64,000 nt of DNA from Candidatus Peribacter sp. Lineage in GTDB: Bacteria; Patescibacteriota; Gracilibacteria; Peribacterales; Peribacteraceae. Each line of letters starts with the position of its first letter. The first letter of the stretch is position 1. The translations under genes were made by a program, and so were the position numbers. Shown in pieces: positions 61,681 through 64,000 of this stretch. Under the pieces are notes generated by a model. It worked only from the letters and a program-made list of their open reading frames with translations. It was not told the origin of the DNA and ran no database searches. The stretch is from contig JABIBA010000013.1 of NCBI GenBank assembly GCA_018652955.1, positions 55,880 through 119,879 of the forward strand, read 5' to 3'.

Positions 61681-63152
61681 AGCTCTGTAAATAGCGGTGT
61701 CAGTGTCTTGTGTATAATTTTGCCAGTGTCTATCAGGTACGTATTTTGGAGATCTCTCTGTTTATCGGTAGCAGGCTTCATGATGTATGGAGTACTTGCA
61801 TCTTGCATCGCTTTGAGAAATAGACGTAAATCATGCAGAGAAGGAGTTTCTTCGTCTTGAAAAATACTTTGTACTGCATTTCGGCAGTCATCATTAGTAT
61901 GAATTCTATAGATACCTGGTGCGTATTGATAAAACCGGTGCCCAAACATCAGTACAGGCTTTTCTCGAAATATTGCTTCTATACCTACAGTTCCAGTCAC
62001 TGTTGCTACTGCTTTTGCATTTCGCATCAACTGAAAAGTATCTGTATTACGAGGCATGAATTTCACTGAAGGTATTTGTAATAGCGTGCGATAAAACTCT
62101 TCGCTTCTGCATAATTCCCCTTGGGCAGGGTGCTCTTTAATGTAAATATTTACGCCAGGAGGTATGTGCGCAGCAAGCATCTGCATAATTAATTCTTGGT
62201 TTTGAAATGCTCCACCCCTAGGTGAAACAGACTCCTCCGGTTGCATATGCAGCGGAGCATAAATATATGGTGAAGAAAAATCTGGTTTTTCGACGTGGTC
62301 ATCATAAAATTGTGTCATTCGATGCTCTTTAAGTTTCCGAGACCAAACATTTGCAGAGCATAGTGAGGAGAAAAATTGCTTTGGTTTGTGGCGCAATGTC
62401 GATAACCCTTTTCGGTACCACTTTGTAAGAAAATGTTTTTTAGTGAGATGCTTTTCTCTTAGGGGAGTGCTTTGTGCAGCAATATCTTTTGTAGTTTGTA
62501 CTTTATAAAAATCTTCGTACGACTGAGATAGAGGAATAGGAAGTGATGGGTCACTATATTCTTGTTGCAACTTCTTGAATGCAGGGAGTAGTTGCTCACC
62601 AGATATTTCAAAATCTTGTAGCAGGGAAATCCCATCTACTACTAGATAGTGCTCCAAAAAATATGTTGGAATGCCTTTGAGTTTGCAGAGCATGTAGATC
62701 ACATAATCGTAGCATTGGTGTGGTGCATGAAATAACAGCAATAGATTAATATCTTCATTCTCGAGTGTGTGATTCCAATAGCGTAGGTGGTCTAAGTATT
62801 GTTGCCTTCGCTCTCGATACGGTATTTCACCGTGCAATGCGTAACGTTCTATCATAGAGAGAAACCCTATTTCGCAGTGACGCATTTTTTCTATAAGTTT
62901 TTCATCTAACGGTTTATACTTTGTCCAATCTATTTCTGGATAACGCCCAGCTCTCAAATCTTTTGCTGACATCCATTGTATATCTTGCGCATCAATATCG
63001 GGTGTGTACTCTTCTCCATTAGTGATGGAAATGCACTTCCCAATTTTACGATTGAGAAAAGCTTCTGTAACTATTTTCTTATGAAGTGGTCCGTCGAATG
63101 CCTTTAGAATAATATTCACCATTTCGATTCTATAAAAGAAATATGTACCCAT
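61677..63152 (-). CDS. KpsS-like capsule polysaccharide biosynthesis protein (paralog of 56495-57973)
   Basis: YAPLHMQPEES, YIKEHP and TVTGTVGIEA--KPV. Start may be ATG 63122. Confidence 0.8.
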   Translation of the reverse strand: MGTYFFYRIEMVNIILKAFDGPLHKKIVTEAFLNRKIGKCISITNGEEYTPDIDAQDIQWMSAKDLRAGRYPEIDWTKYKPLDEKLIEKMRHCEIGFLSMIERYALHGEIPYRERRQQYLDHLRYWNHTLENEDINLLLLFHAPHQCYDYVIYMLCKLKGIPTYFLEHYLVVDGISLLQDFEISGEQLLPAFKKLQQEYSDPSLPIPLSQSYEDFYKVQTTKDIAAQSTPLREKHLTKKHFLTKWYRKGLSTLRHKPKQFFSSLCSANVWSRKLKEHRMTQFYDDHVEKPDFSSPYIYAPLHMQPEESVSPRGGAFQNQELIMQMLAAHIPPGVNIYIKEHPAQGELCRSEEFYRTLLQIPSVKFMPRNTDTFQLMRNAKAVATVTGTVGIEAIFREKPVLMFGHRFYQYAPGIYRIHTNDDCRNAVQSIFQDEETPSLHDLRLFLKAMQDASTPYIMKPATDKQRDLQNTYLIDTGKIIHKTLTPLFTEL

Positions 63153-63202
63153 GATTTTTGCTCAAAATTGCCCCTCTTCCTACAATTTTGTTCTTTTAAT
63201 TC

Positions 63203-63925
63203 ATGGCAATGATTTATAATGCGATGTATCATTCATTTATGTTAAAAACTGTCAAAAACGCAGTATATAAAGGATTAAAGGCTAATAGCTCCGATTGCTC
63301 TCTCCATCCTTGTGTTAGTTATAACAACATTATCAAGACGCTATATTTACAGAGAATGCTTGCCCACGTGCAAGATATTCCTGGCGATGTAGTGGAGTGC
63401 GGTGTAGGAAAAGGTGAGAGCTTATTGATATTCACTTCCCTGCTTCAGGCAACTGGAAGTAAAAAGCATGTTTGGGGATTTGATTCCTTTGAAGGATTTC
63501 CAGAGCCTTCAAAGGAAGATGACAGTATCCGCAATCCTAAAAAAGGTGAATGGAGTGATACCAGTTTGACTGGCGTATTAGGCATGTTGCGTGAGGCAGG
63601 GTTTAGCCCATTAGATCTTCGGAAGAACGTTACTCTTGTACAAGGTTTTTTTAACGAAAGCTTATCGAAGTACAGAGGCGATACTATTGCACTTCTTCAT
63701 GTTGATGTTGATTTATATCAATCATATATAGATGTCTTAAGCGCTCTCTATCCTAAAGTGATTAAGGGGGGAGTTGTTATGTTTGATGAATACATGAGCA
63801 CTGGCGATCAGTTACGTTTTCCTGGAGCTCAAAAAGCGATAGATGAGTATTTTGGAGATAGGGTTTCTTGGATACAGAGAGATGAAGGTATGGGAAAATA
63901 CTATCTCATAAAGCAAGAAGATTAA
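63203..63925 (+). CDS. TylF/MycF/NovP family O-methyltransferase
   Basis: PGDVVECGV-KG, WGFDSFEGFP, LHVDVDLYQS and GGVVMFDEY motifs. Confidence 0.92.
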   Translation: MAMIYNAMYHSFMLKTVKNAVYKGLKANSSDCSLHPCVSYNNIIKTLYLQRMLAHVQDIPGDVVECGVGKGESLLIFTSLLQATGSKKHVWGFDSFEGFPEPSKEDDSIRNPKKGEWSDTSLTGVLGMLREAGFSPLDLRKNVTLVQGFFNESLSKYRGDTIALLHVDVDLYQSYIDVLSALYPKVIKGGVVMFDEYMSTGDQLRFPGAQKAIDEYFGDRVSWIQRDEGMGKYYLIKQED

Positions 63926-63926
63926 A

Positions 63927-64000
63927 TTAAGAATCTATTTTCAACTCTACTTCTTGTACAGCGATAGAGAGAGGGGAATTCTTAAGAAATTGCTTTATCA
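63927..64000 (-). CDS. Possible 3' end of a gene entering from beyond the window
   Basis: One frame is open from the edge: ...IKQFLKNSPLSIAVQEVELKIDS*, ending next to the TylF stop. Confidence 0.35.
   Translation of the reverse strand, partial: IKQFLKNSPLSIAVQEVELKIDS

Overview
A compact bacterial chromosome segment that reads cleanly in genetic code 11. Gene content and the divergent 16S rRNA suggest a Patescibacteria/CPR organism, probably Peribacteria/Peregrinibacteria-like (inference, no database search run). Bases 1-4.4 kb hold two translationally coupled secreted proteins, one 1347 aa and Cys-rich. Bases 4.6-19.2 kb hold housekeeping genes: a two-OB-fold ssb, murB, gltX, a cyclophilin, murG, ftsW, a GT2, an unusual sigma-70, tsaB, secA, holB and a TPR protein. 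Bases 19.2-27.7 kb hold a ferredoxin and sufC/sufB/sufD interleaved with small accessory genes. Bases 27.9-29.4 kb hold a stand-alone 16S rRNA gene with an altered anti-Shine-Dalgarno. Bases 30-64 kb are a surface-glycan locus of more than 33 kb: GDP-sugar C-methylation/amination, two NeuB/NeuA-type ulosonic-acid modules each coupled to an isomerase, KpsS-like transferases, PAPS synthesis with a sulfotransferase, and many methyltransferases. The most striking signal concerns translation initiation. Many genes have a -10 promoter hexamer only 6-9 nt before the start codon (leaderless). Eight genes without that pattern carry a pyrimidine motif, TTCCC, 9-10 nt before ATG. That motif is complementary to a GGGAA just beyond the mutated anti-SD of the 16S gene in the same window, so it is a candidate 'inverted' SD/anti-SD system.
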